Below, piece after piece: positions 29,712-39,344 of a DNA stretch of 64,000 nucleotides. Position numbers and translations under genes: made by a program. Under the pieces are notes generated by a model. That model saw only the letters and a list, made by a program, of their open reading frames with translations. It was not told the DNA's origin and ran no database searches. This DNA comes from Polyangiaceae bacterium (GTDB lineage Bacteria; Myxococcota_A; Polyangia; Polyangiales; Polyangiaceae). Position 1 is the stretch's first letter. The number at the start of each line of letters is the position of its first letter. The stretch covers positions 416,001 to 480,000 of the forward strand of contig CBDCTZ010000013.1 of the NCBI GenBank assembly GCA_965222375.1, given 5' to 3'.

Positions 29712-30683
29712 ATGTTCCAGCGCTTGTTCTGGCTCCTTCCCTGCGCCGCACTTGCCAGCGGCTGCGGCTCCGACTCTGACGACGGCGGCAACACCTGCAC
29801 CGGCGCAGCACCCCTGTGCGGTAGTGGCGGGGCCGCCGGGAGCGGGACGGGTGGCACGGCTGGCACCACAGGAGGCGCCGCAGGCAGCGCAACCGGCGGC
29901 AGCGCCGGACTCGGTCCCGAAGATCTACGCGTCGGCGCCACATGGCTCGGCTCACAGCTCGGCGGCGAAGCAGTCCAGGTGCTCGACGTACGCGGTCTTT
30001 CCGCGTTCCAAGCCGGTCACGTGCCGGGGTCACTGCACGCCGAAGTGAGCTCACTGCGCGCGACCGTCGCGGGGATCTCGGGCCAAGTAGCGGACAATAC
30101 ACAGCTCTCGACCCAGCTGAGCGCCGCCGGCCTCGACCCGAACAAAGAAGTAGTCATTGTCGGAGCGCAGACCGAGACCACGCCAGCCCGCGGATTTTGG
30201 ACGCTGCAATGGGCCGAGCACCCTGGCGTTCGCTTGCTAGACGGTGGCTACGCGGCTTGGACCGCCGGAGGTGGCGCCACCGAAAACGGCACGCCTAGCA
30301 CAGCGCCCTCGAGCTACTCGGTCACGAGCAACAACACCCAGCTGCGGGTCGACCCGGACTGGATCCTGCCGAAGCTGTCGGATCCCAACGTAGTGCTGAT
30401 CGACGCCCGCAGCGCCAGCGAGTTTTCGGCAGGTCACATTCCGGGTGCCAAAAACGTCGACTGGAACACCAATGTCGCAGCAGGCGCCCTGAAGCCCAAA
30501 GCCGAGGTTGAAGCACTCTACGCCGGCGTAGCCAAGACCGCCACAGTCGTCGCGTACTGCCAAACAGGGACCCGAGCCTCGGTGACCTACTTCGTGTTGC
30601 GCTGGTTGGGCTACGCCGACGTGCGCTTGTACGACGGCTCCTGGGCGGAGTGGGGCTCGCGACCCGACTTGCCGAAAGAGTGA
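29712..30683 (+). CDS. Two-domain rhodanese sulfurtransferase, lipoprotein
   Basis: LASGC lipobox, Gly/Thr linker, GHVPG, LLDGG, GHIPGA, active loop CQTGTRA, LYDGSWAEW. Confidence 0.92.
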   Translation: MFQRLFWLLPCAALASGCGSDSDDGGNTCTGAAPLCGSGGAAGSGTGGTAGTTGGAAGSATGGSAGLGPEDLRVGATWLGSQLGGEAVQVLDVRGLSAFQAGHVPGSLHAEVSSLRATVAGISGQVADNTQLSTQLSAAGLDPNKEVVIVGAQTETTPARGFWTLQWAEHPGVRLLDGGYAAWTAGGGATENGTPSTAPSSYSVTSNNTQLRVDPDWILPKLSDPNVVLIDARSASEFSAGHIPGAKNVDWNTNVAAGALKPKAEVEALYAGVAKTATVVAYCQTGTRASVTYFVLRWLGYADVRLYDGSWAEWGSRPDLPKE

Positions 30684-30695
30684 GCGCCGCCCGGG

Positions 30696-31064
30696 CTACG
30701 CCCGCAGCAAATCCTTGGCTTCGATCGTGTAGGCGTGGTCGACATTGCCCGTATTCCGAGTTGCGGCGGGCTCGAAAAGCACGACATCTGCGGGTTGGTC
30801 CGCAATGGGTTTGTGCTCCACGCCCTGCGGCACGACCAAGAACTCACCCTCGCCCAGCGAAACGTCACCATCGCGCAAGGCGATTCGGATCTGGCCGCGA
30901 ATCACCCAGAACAGCTCGTCTTCGTTTTCGTGATGGTGCCAGACATATTCGCCTTCGAAGCGAACGACTTTCACGCATTGCCCGTTCAGTTCGCCCACGA
31001 TGGTCGGAACCCAGGGTTTCGCCAGCGCTGCCGCCTTGTCAGCCACGTTCACTTTGCTCGTCAT
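30696..31064 (-). CDS. Cupin domain protein
   Basis: WHHHENEDELF and VPQGVEHKP cupin motifs, NTGN. Confidence 0.92.
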   Translation of the reverse strand: MTSKVNVADKAAALAKPWVPTIVGELNGQCVKVVRFEGEYVWHHHENEDELFWVIRGQIRIALRDGDVSLGEGEFLVVPQGVEHKPIADQPADVVLFEPAATRNTGNVDHAYTIEAKDLLRA

Positions 31065-31321
31065 CAGCTCAGGCTAGTCGAGGTGGCGGCGCTCACAAGA
31101 CCCCAGGGTCCATGCCCGCGTCTACGGCAAGCGGGTTGCGTCCACCGTGTACGTATTTCGGAACTTGTTCGTGCCAGGCGAGGTCCAGCTGGTCAACATC
31201 ATCGACCCGCTGGCCGTGTTGGTCCCAGTAGCGAAGAGCAACGACAGTTGGTTTGGGGTCGAGGCGCGTTTCGTCCCTGGGCCACTACTCTCGCCCAGGG
31301 CCATGGCTTTCGGGAGGAGCG

Positions 31322-31798
31322 CTATTCGGCCAACTCCGATATCTCGTTCAGCGCGAAGTGTGACGCACCCACAGATTGGCCCTCTTTGTCGCACTGCCGC
31401 CCGCGCGCGAGAACCGCGCGGCCATCTAGCTCCGGATGGAACCGCCCGCCCGCATAGCTGAGCAACCAGCGATCTCCGGCGTCAGTCACGAGCCACTCGC
31501 CACGCAAGCGCTTGCCTGTTGCTTCTCTCGGTGGATCGATCGCGTAGCGCCCTTTCAGGGTGAGTTGTGGACCACGCGGGATGCAACCGACCTCGCCCCA
31601 TTGCTCCTTGGCATCGACGGACAGCGCGCGCACTTCCTTGGTGACGACGGGGCTCGGTTTGGACTTCACTGCAGGGGCTGCCTGCGGCTCAGCCTGGGGG
31701 GAGGACTCTACCGCTTGAGCAGTCTGCGGCTCGCTGCTCGCGTTGGCGCAGCCGGAGGCCATCAAGCAAAGGGCGCCAAGAGCGGAGGCGAGTCGCAT
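31322..31798 (-). CDS. Hypothetical lipoprotein
   Basis: MASGC lipobox, P/Q/A linker, small beta-rich domain. Confidence 0.7.
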   Translation of the reverse strand: MRLASALGALCLMASGCANASSEPQTAQAVESSPQAEPQAAPAVKSKPSPVVTKEVRALSVDAKEQWGEVGCIPRGPQLTLKGRYAIDPPREATGKRLRGEWLVTDAGDRWLLSYAGGRFHPELDGRAVLARGRQCDKEGQSVGASHFALNEISELAE

Positions 31799-31919
31799 GG
31801 CCGACCATTAACAGCACGCGCTGAGCAGGCGAAGGGCTGGGCAATCATCAACTCAGACGCAATGGCTTGTCCCAATCGTTCTAATGGACGCAACGCTGCC
31901 GAGATCACACTCTAACCTC

Positions 31920-32633
31920 ATGAATCGAACGGCGAAACGAGGCGTATTGGTGCTGGCAAGCCTTGCATCGCTCGTCGGCTGCGGCGGCGAAAGTGACGCC
32001 GGCGGCAGCGCGAGCGGTGGTGGCGCGGGTGCGGCGGCGGGCGGAAGCGCGGGCTCGGCAAGCGGGGGCAGCGCCGGCGCAGCGAGTGGCGGCAGCGCGG
32101 GTGCTGCCAGTGGGGGAACGGCCGGCGCGGCCACTGGCGGCAACGCAGGTTCGGCCAGCGGCGGCACTGCGGGAGTTGGAACCGGGGGCACCGCGGGCAG
32201 TAGCGGTGGTGCGGCAGGGGCTGGATCTTGCGTGCCGCAAACCGGCGGCAGCGGAGGCTTTTCGCAACCCACCTGCGCGGATCTCAACGTCATGACCGTG
32301 TCGGATCCGAAGCTGACGGACGCGGGCAACGATGGGACCATCTCACCGGGAGAGGACTTCACGATCGCCGTGAATCTGAACGAGGTCGCCGGGCTCGGAT
32401 TCAACTTCTACCCCACGGTCCAATTCACGAGTGACACATTCGGGATAGCCGTCTCCCAAGCTACGCAGTTCTTCGCGATTCTTGCCTGCCAAAGCATTGA
32501 AGCGAAGGCCAAAGGCAGCGTCATGAGCAGCGTCCCCCCTGGAACGAAAGTCACGATCCAGGCCCAGGTCGCCGCTCTGAACATGACCTGTCCGAGTACT
32601 CACTCCATACAGATCCCGTTTACCGTCCAATAG
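31920..32633 (+). CDS. Lipoprotein with long Gly/Ala/Ser linker and Ig-like domain
   Basis: LVGC lipobox, (GGSAGAAS)n linker, DAGNDGTISPGE followed by beta-strands. Confidence 0.8.
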   Translation: MNRTAKRGVLVLASLASLVGCGGESDAGGSASGGGAGAAAGGSAGSASGGSAGAASGGSAGAASGGTAGAATGGNAGSASGGTAGVGTGGTAGSSGGAAGAGSCVPQTGGSGGFSQPTCADLNVMTVSDPKLTDAGNDGTISPGEDFTIAVNLNEVAGLGFNFYPTVQFTSDTFGIAVSQATQFFAILACQSIEAKAKGSVMSSVPPGTKVTIQAQVAALNMTCPSTHSIQIPFTVQ

Positions 32634-32640
32634 CGCTGGC

Positions 32641-33675
32641 TCAGAACATCCCAACCAGCCGCAGTTGGAAGGAAGTGTCCGTCACCATCGGGACGATGGT
32701 GGCGCGGGAGGCGACCACGGGCGGAGAGTGCGCATCCGGCGGCTCCGGTGTGGTGCGAAACTCGTGATAGTAGAGCAGCGTCGGCATCAGGTATCCGGAC
32801 GCGTAGCCCATCAAGTGGCCGACCAAGACGTCACTCGTCCAATGGTTGTCGGACGAAATGCGCAGAGCGCCCGTTGCTGCGGTCATCATGATTCCGAGCG
32901 CACAGGTTGCCGAATCCAGCGTGGGGTCGCCATACAGCTCGAGCTGAGTGTGGTGCGCGCACAGTAAACCTGCACCCGTCGCTGTGACCGCCGCGTGTCC
33001 GCTATAAAAAGACTTGAACTGCGAGTCGCTGTCGCAGTTTCCAGAGTAGTTTGGATCGCTCTCGCACTCCCCTGTGTACGGACGCCCCCGCGCAACCACT
33101 CGCTTGGTCACGGCGTTCACACTCAGTGTCAGAGCATAGGCCTGGGTGTTGATCACGAACATCTGCCAGGCAACTTCCGGGCTCTGACGACCCAGCAAGG
33201 TCACGAGGAAGTTATCGACGATGGTTGGGTGAGCGATGGAGCCGAAAAGCAGAGCGTCGCTGACCGACGCTGCCGCTTGCCGCTCCTCGCGCGTGCCCAA
33301 GCGCAAGGACTTGCGAACCGGCGTATCGAACAAGATCGGGCCGGTCCAGTCAGCATCGTCGTCGGGCTTGATGAACAGAGTCGTGACGTACACACTCGTG
33401 GCCGCGGCGATGGTGAACGCCTCGGAGAGACCCACTCGGCTCCAGTGGTCGTGCCAGTGCAGGCCAGATCTGCCACGAGGAGATTCGATATCCGGATCGC
33501 AGTAGAGGCAGACCTCCCCAGGCTTGGGCTGGGATACCACGCCGCCGGCAGCAGGCTTGGGCGCCTTGTCCTCCGCGGACGGCGCTGGTTCGGCGGCCGC
33601 CTGCCCGCGCGCGCTGCTCGCCACCCCCAAGCAGCTCAGCGCCATGCACGTTGCGTGCGCCCATCGGCGCGGCAT
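32641..33675 (-). CDS. PAP2-family phosphatase
   Basis: KRVVARGRP, SFYSGH, RISSDNHWTSDV; start uncertain (33675 or 33696). Confidence 0.9.
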   Translation of the reverse strand: MPRRWAHATCMALSCLGVASSARGQAAAEPAPSAEDKAPKPAAGGVVSQPKPGEVCLYCDPDIESPRGRSGLHWHDHWSRVGLSEAFTIAAATSVYVTTLFIKPDDDADWTGPILFDTPVRKSLRLGTREERQAAASVSDALLFGSIAHPTIVDNFLVTLLGRQSPEVAWQMFVINTQAYALTLSVNAVTKRVVARGRPYTGECESDPNYSGNCDSDSQFKSFYSGHAAVTATGAGLLCAHHTQLELYGDPTLDSATCALGIMMTAATGALRISSDNHWTSDVLVGHLMGYASGYLMPTLLYYHEFRTTPEPPDAHSPPVVASRATIVPMVTDTSFQLRLVGMF

Positions 33676-33863
33676 GTTGTTTCTGCGGGTGCGCACGTCG
33701 AATACGATGGTTCTGGGGCGTCTGGAAGCAGCTTGGCGTCAGCACTCACGCAACCCAGCGCGAACACCTTTGGCCGCGATAATCCTAGATAACGTAGTCG
33801 CTATTTAGCAAACGCTCAGAAAGCGCCCAGAGAGTCCAGCGTCCTCAGTGGTAGGGTGGAGGT

Positions 33864-35621
33864 ATGGGGAATCGAGCTGCGAAGCGCGTTCTTTGGGCGC
33901 TTGTCTTTTGCATTCCGGGCTGCGTGGCGGACGTGTCGGGGAACGGCTTTGCGGATTTGATTTGGATGAAGCCCGACGGCGGCATAGCCGTCGCGCCCAA
34001 TCAGCAGGGTCAGATCGGTCAGCAGAGGGCTCTGGAGGAAGGCACGTGCGCTTCGGACATCTGCCAGCTCGCCGACGTCGATGGCGACAAGCAGGTCGAA
34101 TTGGTGGCGCAGACTGCCACCGGCGCGATTTGGGTGTACCAGCTGTCGAGTTCGGACTTCGGCAAACGGAGCCTGTGGCGGGATTCCAGCGAGGGCAGTC
34201 AAGAGCGCTTCGATTTCTCCGACATGCTCGGCAACGGCTTCGCGGAGTTGCTTGTTCCCGAGCAGGACGGCGTACGCGTCTACACCAGCGGCGAGTCCGG
34301 ATTCTTGCCGAGCTTCTTCCTGAATCTGCCCTCATGCGATTCCGGCAGTCGTTGTTTCTGGGCTGACGCTATCGGCAACGGTCGCAGTGACTACTGGCTG
34401 ATCCGAGCGGCGGGAGATCTCGTGATCTTCCCGTACCGAGATCGACTGGAAGTGTTGGAGGCGAACGCACTGTCGCTTTCGCAGCTCGCGCAGCGCCGCG
34501 GCCGCTCCCAGCGCAAAACGCGCGACGAGCGCTTCCGGCAGATGGTCGCGGAAGCCATCAACGGACCACCGACTTGGGACGGCACCTTCGGCGAAGACGA
34601 CAGCACCTGGCCCGCTGGCCTCGCGATGGTGGATGAAGCGACTTTCAACACGCAAGCCGCGCCTCTGGTAACGGCGGTCAACACCGGTATCGGGGAAGTC
34701 TTTGGCGTGCTGCCATCCGAGAGCGAGCTCACGGACCTGACCGAGCAGCGGCGGTTTCAACGAGCAATCGGTCGCGTCATTGCAGCACGCACCACGTTGT
34801 TCTCCGGTGACATGGGCGCCACCAAGCGCGCGGGTATCGACCGCTAGGGCGGCACTCCCCCGAGCGTGGGCGCCATCGAAGCCCGCATGAAGGCCTTGGC
34901 CCCGTTTTACTTCGGCCCCGGGGCCAGCCGCCTGCTGCCGGGCTCGCATGCACCACGCGCCTTCTTCACCGGGACAGATAAAGTTTCCGGCGTGTCCACT
35001 ATCTACTTCAACGAGGCGCGCATGGGGGCCGATGCCCAACGCTTCATGAGCGCGCACGGAGTCACTCTTCAGGAGTACGTCAACATCACGATGATCCACG
35101 AGTTCATTCACGTGGTGATGGACCAGATGGCGCTCAGTGGCGATGTAGACTTCAGCTGGTTCGGCAATGCCAATCTCGTCCACGACACGATTCATCGCCC
35201 CCTCGGTCTTCACAACCGTTCCTGCGGCACCGACGATGCAGCCTGTGGTGCTTCATGCGGCCTCGCCGAATCCCTAGCCAAGCGACTCACTGGCTGTCTG
35301 GAGGAAGGTCGAGTGGCCACCGCTGCGGACATTCGCTGCGACTTCCAGGTCGACTACTGTGCCGATCGGGTCAACGGCGGCGTCACTGGCTTTTCCGTCG
35401 GCAATCAATGCCACGGCTCCCCTGATGTGAACGCGAACTCCGAGTGCTTTGCGGTGACCTGCTTGGACTCCGGGTCCACCTCTTCGGCCTGCTGTGACTC
35501 CATGGCCGGTGGCGCACTGCCCGCGGGCGTGTACATCCCACGGGTGGACCCGGGCCCAATGCCGCCCCGACCCGGCTTCTTCACGGCAGGGTTGCCTTGG
35601 GCCAGTTTGCCACCGCCCTGA
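33864..35621 (+). pseudogene. FG-GAP-like repeat plus HExxH metallopeptidase-like exported protein, interrupted by an in-frame TAG
   Basis: ORFs 33864-34847 and 34866-35621 share a frame, separated only by TAG at 34845-34847; DVSGNGFADL, DVDGDKQVEL, DMLGNGFAEL, DAIGNGRSDY; HEFIH; Cys-rich tail. Confidence 0.65.
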
Positions 35622-35640
35622 TCCGAACGGAGTGTTGTTC

Positions 35641-36363
35641 ATGCGTCTCTTTCACCACGCTCACGCGTTCACCGTCATTTCACTGATCTTCGTCTCCGCC
35701 GCGTGCGGCGAGGATGACACCTCGGCCAGCAGTACGGGCGGCGGCGCTGGCACCGCGACCGGCGGTTCGTCTGGGCTCGGCGGCAGCGGCGGCATCGATG
35801 CCAGCACTGCGGGTGGCGGGGGCGTCGATAGCGGGACTGCGGGCACGTCTGGAACCACCGCGACCGACGCGGGAGATGACGCCAGTGTCGTCAGTTGCCC
35901 GCCGTCGAAGCCTGGCCCGGGCGTGAGTTGTAGTGAGCCCGGTGCCCAATGCGCCTATGGCAGCGATCAATGCGGCTGTGCGACGGGCACTTTCGGCGGA
36001 GACTGGAAGTGCTCGACCTGCCCGGCAACGGCGCCGGCCTCGGACACCGCATGCACCGAAGTGTCACTCCGCTGCAACTACACCGGACAGCAGTGCACGT
36101 GCTTCAACGGTGGCGAATGGAAATGCCACGATTGCCCTGACACCCCGCCCAGCGACGGAACCAGCTGCACGCCAGCAGGTGCAGCCTGTGCGTACAGCGG
36201 GAACAAGTGCCTATGCATCGGCGGCAAGTGGTCCTGCTATACCGGCCGATGCCCCCCGCAAAAGCCTGAAACGGGGATCGGCTGCTTCGCTCATGCCAAT
36301 GGCTGCAACTACGACGGTGGCTCGTGCGGTTGCGGAGGCATCAAGACTTGGTTCTGCCCTTGA
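35641..36363 (+). CDS. Lipoprotein with four 6-Cys repeats
   Basis: SAAC lipobox, Gly linker, 4 copies of CP..P....C....C.Y....C.C...W.C. Confidence 0.85.
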   Translation: MRLFHHAHAFTVISLIFVSAACGEDDTSASSTGGGAGTATGGSSGLGGSGGIDASTAGGGGVDSGTAGTSGTTATDAGDDASVVSCPPSKPGPGVSCSEPGAQCAYGSDQCGCATGTFGGDWKCSTCPATAPASDTACTEVSLRCNYTGQQCTCFNGGEWKCHDCPDTPPSDGTSCTPAGAACAYSGNKCLCIGGKWSCYTGRCPPQKPETGIGCFAHANGCNYDGGSCGCGGIKTWFCP

Positions 36364-36464
36364 GCGGCAGAAAATCCTAGGCGCTGCGCTTGCCGACTCG
36401 CATTGCAGCGCCTTCAAGAATCCGAGGGCTCGCCGCGGGGCTCCGACTGCAAATGACCCGCGGT

Positions 36465-38639
36465 TCAACGCAGCTGACAGTCAGCTGCCAGCCCCACGCT
36501 GACCGGTACGCCACTAAACGCCGCGGTGCCGCTGAGAGCGTCGAGGAATTGATCGTCGGTGAGATCGTTCACGCTCACGCCCGGATGGGCGCTCGCGACG
36601 CGTAAGCGCACACCATCCCGCCCGTGCCCGAAGCCGTGAGGCAAACTCACCACGCCGGGCATCATGTCTTCGGTGATCTCGGCTGGTACCGACACGCTGC
36701 CCACCCGGGAGGTCACCGCCACGAGGTCGCCGTCGTCCGCACCGACGCGCCGGGCATCGTCGGGGTGCATCATCAGCGTGCAGCGAGGCTTGCCTTTGAT
36801 CAGTCGCTGAGCGTTGTGCATCCAGGAGTTGTTGCTGCGCAGGTGCCTGCGTCCAATCAATAACAACTTGCCGCCGGCGGCGGGCGTCTTTGACGACGGC
36901 CGACCGGGGAGCCGCTCTAGATCCTTCACGAACAGATCCGGGGCCAGGTCGATGGCGCCATGGACCTCGGGAATGCGCTCCGGCAACACGCGCTGCAACG
37001 GCCCGAAGTCCATGCCGTGAGGCCGGCCGCGAAGCTTGGAAAGCGACAGCCCGCTCCTCAACGGGCCCAGGCCCTTGCCGTAGGGCCCGAGCCGCAGCCC
37101 GAGGTCGAGCATGCGTTCCGGGCCGACTTTGTGCACCGCTCGCGCCGCCAGGTATTCCTTGCTCAGCCTGCCATGGCGCTTTTCTTCGATTCGGCAGGTC
37201 AGCTCGCTGAGGATCTGCCAATCGTCCAACTCACCGTCCGTGGTCTCGAAGGGCGGGGGCGAGTAGTTCGCAATGTTGCGAACGGCCGTCAGGTACAGCG
37301 CAAGATCGTAGTGACTGCGCTGGATGGGCGAGACGGGCGGCAGAATCAAGTCGGCGTGACGGCTGGTCTCGTTGACGAAAAAGTCGATCGCCAAAGCGAA
37401 GTCGAGAGAATCCAATGCCTTGTCGAGTAGCCCGCCATTCGGCGTCGATAGGATTGGATTGCCGGCGAGGATCACCATGGCCCGGATTTGACCGTCTCCT
37501 TCGGTGAGGATCTCTTCGGCCATCACCGCAGCCGGCAATTCGCCGCCGAATTCCGGCAGCCCGCGCACTCGACTACGCCAGCGCCCATGGGACCCGCGAC
37601 CGACACCGAAGCCCGCGACCTTGCGTAACGTATCGATGGCCGGAGTGGGAAACATGGATCCACCAGGCTCGTCCAAGTTCCCGGTGACCGCATTCAACGC
37701 GTTGATCAGCCACATGTTGATGCCGCCGTACTCCTGGGTGCATGCCCCCACCCGCCCGTAGGCGACTGCCGACGCCGCCTCGCCGATCTCTCGAGCAAGG
37801 CGCTTCACGGCGGCGGCGGGCACGCCGGTGATCGACTCGCTGTCCTCGGGTCGGTAGGCCCGAACAAGCTCGAGCAAGCATTCTAGATTTTTCACGTGCG
37901 GCCCCAGCCGCCCCAGGTCAACGTCGCCGGCGCAGATCTCGTGGAGCAGGCCCAGCAGAAATAGGGGATCCGTGCCGGGACGAAGGAACACGTGCTCGTC
38001 GGCGATGCGCGCGGTTTCGCTTCGACGCGGATCCACCACGACGACTTTGCCGCCACGCGCCGAGATGGCTTTCAGGCGCTTGTCGATCCCCGGCGCGGCC
38101 ATGATGCTTCCGTTGGAAGCGACGGGATTGGCGCCAACGATCAACATGAAGGCGGTGCGGTCGACGTCCGGCACTGGAAACAGCAGCTGGTGGCCAAACA
38201 TCGCGTAGGACGCGAGCATCAAGGGCCACTGGTCGCAAGAGCTGGCAGAAAAACGATTCTTCGAGCCCAACGCGCGGAAGAACGCAGGCCCATAGACTAG
38301 GGTTCCAAAGTTGTGCGCATTGGGATTGCCGAAGTAGAGCCCGACCGCGCTCTTACCGTAACGCTCCTGGATCCCATGCAGCCGGTCGACGGCCAAGTCG
38401 AAGGCTTCGTCCCAGGGGATGGCACGAAAGCCGTCCGCGCTTTTGAGCATGGGCCGTTTGACACGGTCTGGGTCGTCGTAGAGATCCTTCAGCGCGGTGG
38501 CCTTTGGACAGATATGGCCGCAACTGAACACGTCTTGCTTGTCGCCGCGAATCGACCTCACTTCCCTGCCCTCGATTTGTACCTCGAGGCCGCACATTGC
38601 TTCGCATAGATTGCAGGTTCGGTAGTGGGTCTCGGCCAT
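36465..38639 (-). CDS. Molybdopterin-dependent oxidoreductase (DMSO reductase superfamily, uncharacterised subgroup)
   Basis: CNLCEAMC...HICPK 4Fe-4S motif, GANPVASNGS, RRHLRSNNSW, HPDDA, SLPHGFG. Confidence 0.93.
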   Translation of the reverse strand: MAETHYRTCNLCEAMCGLEVQIEGREVRSIRGDKQDVFSCGHICPKATALKDLYDDPDRVKRPMLKSADGFRAIPWDEAFDLAVDRLHGIQERYGKSAVGLYFGNPNAHNFGTLVYGPAFFRALGSKNRFSASSCDQWPLMLASYAMFGHQLLFPVPDVDRTAFMLIVGANPVASNGSIMAAPGIDKRLKAISARGGKVVVVDPRRSETARIADEHVFLRPGTDPLFLLGLLHEICAGDVDLGRLGPHVKNLECLLELVRAYRPEDSESITGVPAAAVKRLAREIGEAASAVAYGRVGACTQEYGGINMWLINALNAVTGNLDEPGGSMFPTPAIDTLRKVAGFGVGRGSHGRWRSRVRGLPEFGGELPAAVMAEEILTEGDGQIRAMVILAGNPILSTPNGGLLDKALDSLDFALAIDFFVNETSRHADLILPPVSPIQRSHYDLALYLTAVRNIANYSPPPFETTDGELDDWQILSELTCRIEEKRHGRLSKEYLAARAVHKVGPERMLDLGLRLGPYGKGLGPLRSGLSLSKLRGRPHGMDFGPLQRVLPERIPEVHGAIDLAPDLFVKDLERLPGRPSSKTPAAGGKLLLIGRRHLRSNNSWMHNAQRLIKGKPRCTLMMHPDDARRVGADDGDLVAVTSRVGSVSVPAEITEDMMPGVVSLPHGFGHGRDGVRLRVASAHPGVSVNDLTDDQFLDALSGTAAFSGVPVSVGLAADCQLR

Positions 38640-38681
38640 GGGCGGAGCTTAGCTCACTCGGGGGCCGCGCCACGCGCGCAC

Positions 38682-39344
38682 TCAGCGGGACGACACCGCT
38701 TTGGCCATGAGTTGGTGGCCGAGCAGGACACGCATGCTCGGATGGCGCTCAGCCAGGGCTTTGAGTTGCGCCAAGCTACGGGCGCTCTGGGGTTTGTCGT
38801 GGGAAAACGTGCCCGGTTCGACGCCGTGCTCCCAACCCCAGCGGGTGTGACTGGCGTCGCCGGTCATCAAGACGGGGCCATTTGCCGTGCGGGCCACAAA
38901 AGCGGTGCTGCCTGAGGTGTGGCCCGGCATAGACAGCGCCCACAGCATGCCGTCGCGGAAAACGTCGAGCACGCCAGCGAAGCGGCCGTCGGGATCCGGC
39001 TCGAACTGCCACTCGCTCAGAACGCCCTGACCTTCGAGAGCGCGGTCGATCACCGGACGCACCACCCAGTTGGTCACGTCCCGCTCCTTGGTTTCACCGG
39101 GCCCGACGTAGATCGGCGTTTCCCGTGGAATGTCCGGCATGCCGGAGACGTGGTCCATGTGCAGATGGGTCAAGAACACCCCCGCAAGCGGCTCGCGCTG
39201 CGCGTCGATCCAGCTGGCGGTGTCGAGGTGCACCTGCATCGCGTCGACGTTCATGAAGCGGCCGACGATGCTGCGCAGAGCCGACCGTTCTGGGGCTGCT
39301 TTCACCGCGCGCTCCACGCCCGTATCCACGATGTACGTGCCGCG
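38682..39344 (-). pseudogene. 5'-truncated MBL-fold hydrolase (AHL-lactonase-like)
   Basis: RGTYIVDTG, THLHMDH, PGHT, GDA, LGH; sequence upstream is the antisense of lysR and offers no native start. Confidence 0.82.

Noticed and set aside
31095..31320. Possible gene fragment between the cupin and lipoprotein genes
   Set aside because: High GC3 fits frames on both strands; no motif, start or family could be assigned
31980..32230. Repetitive DNA as a CRISPR-like array
   Set aside because: Degenerate codons of a Gly/Ala/Ser linker; no constant repeat with unique spacers and no cas genes
34845..34847. Pyrrolysine recoding of the in-frame TAG
   Set aside because: No pyl genes in the window and many genes here end normally at TAG
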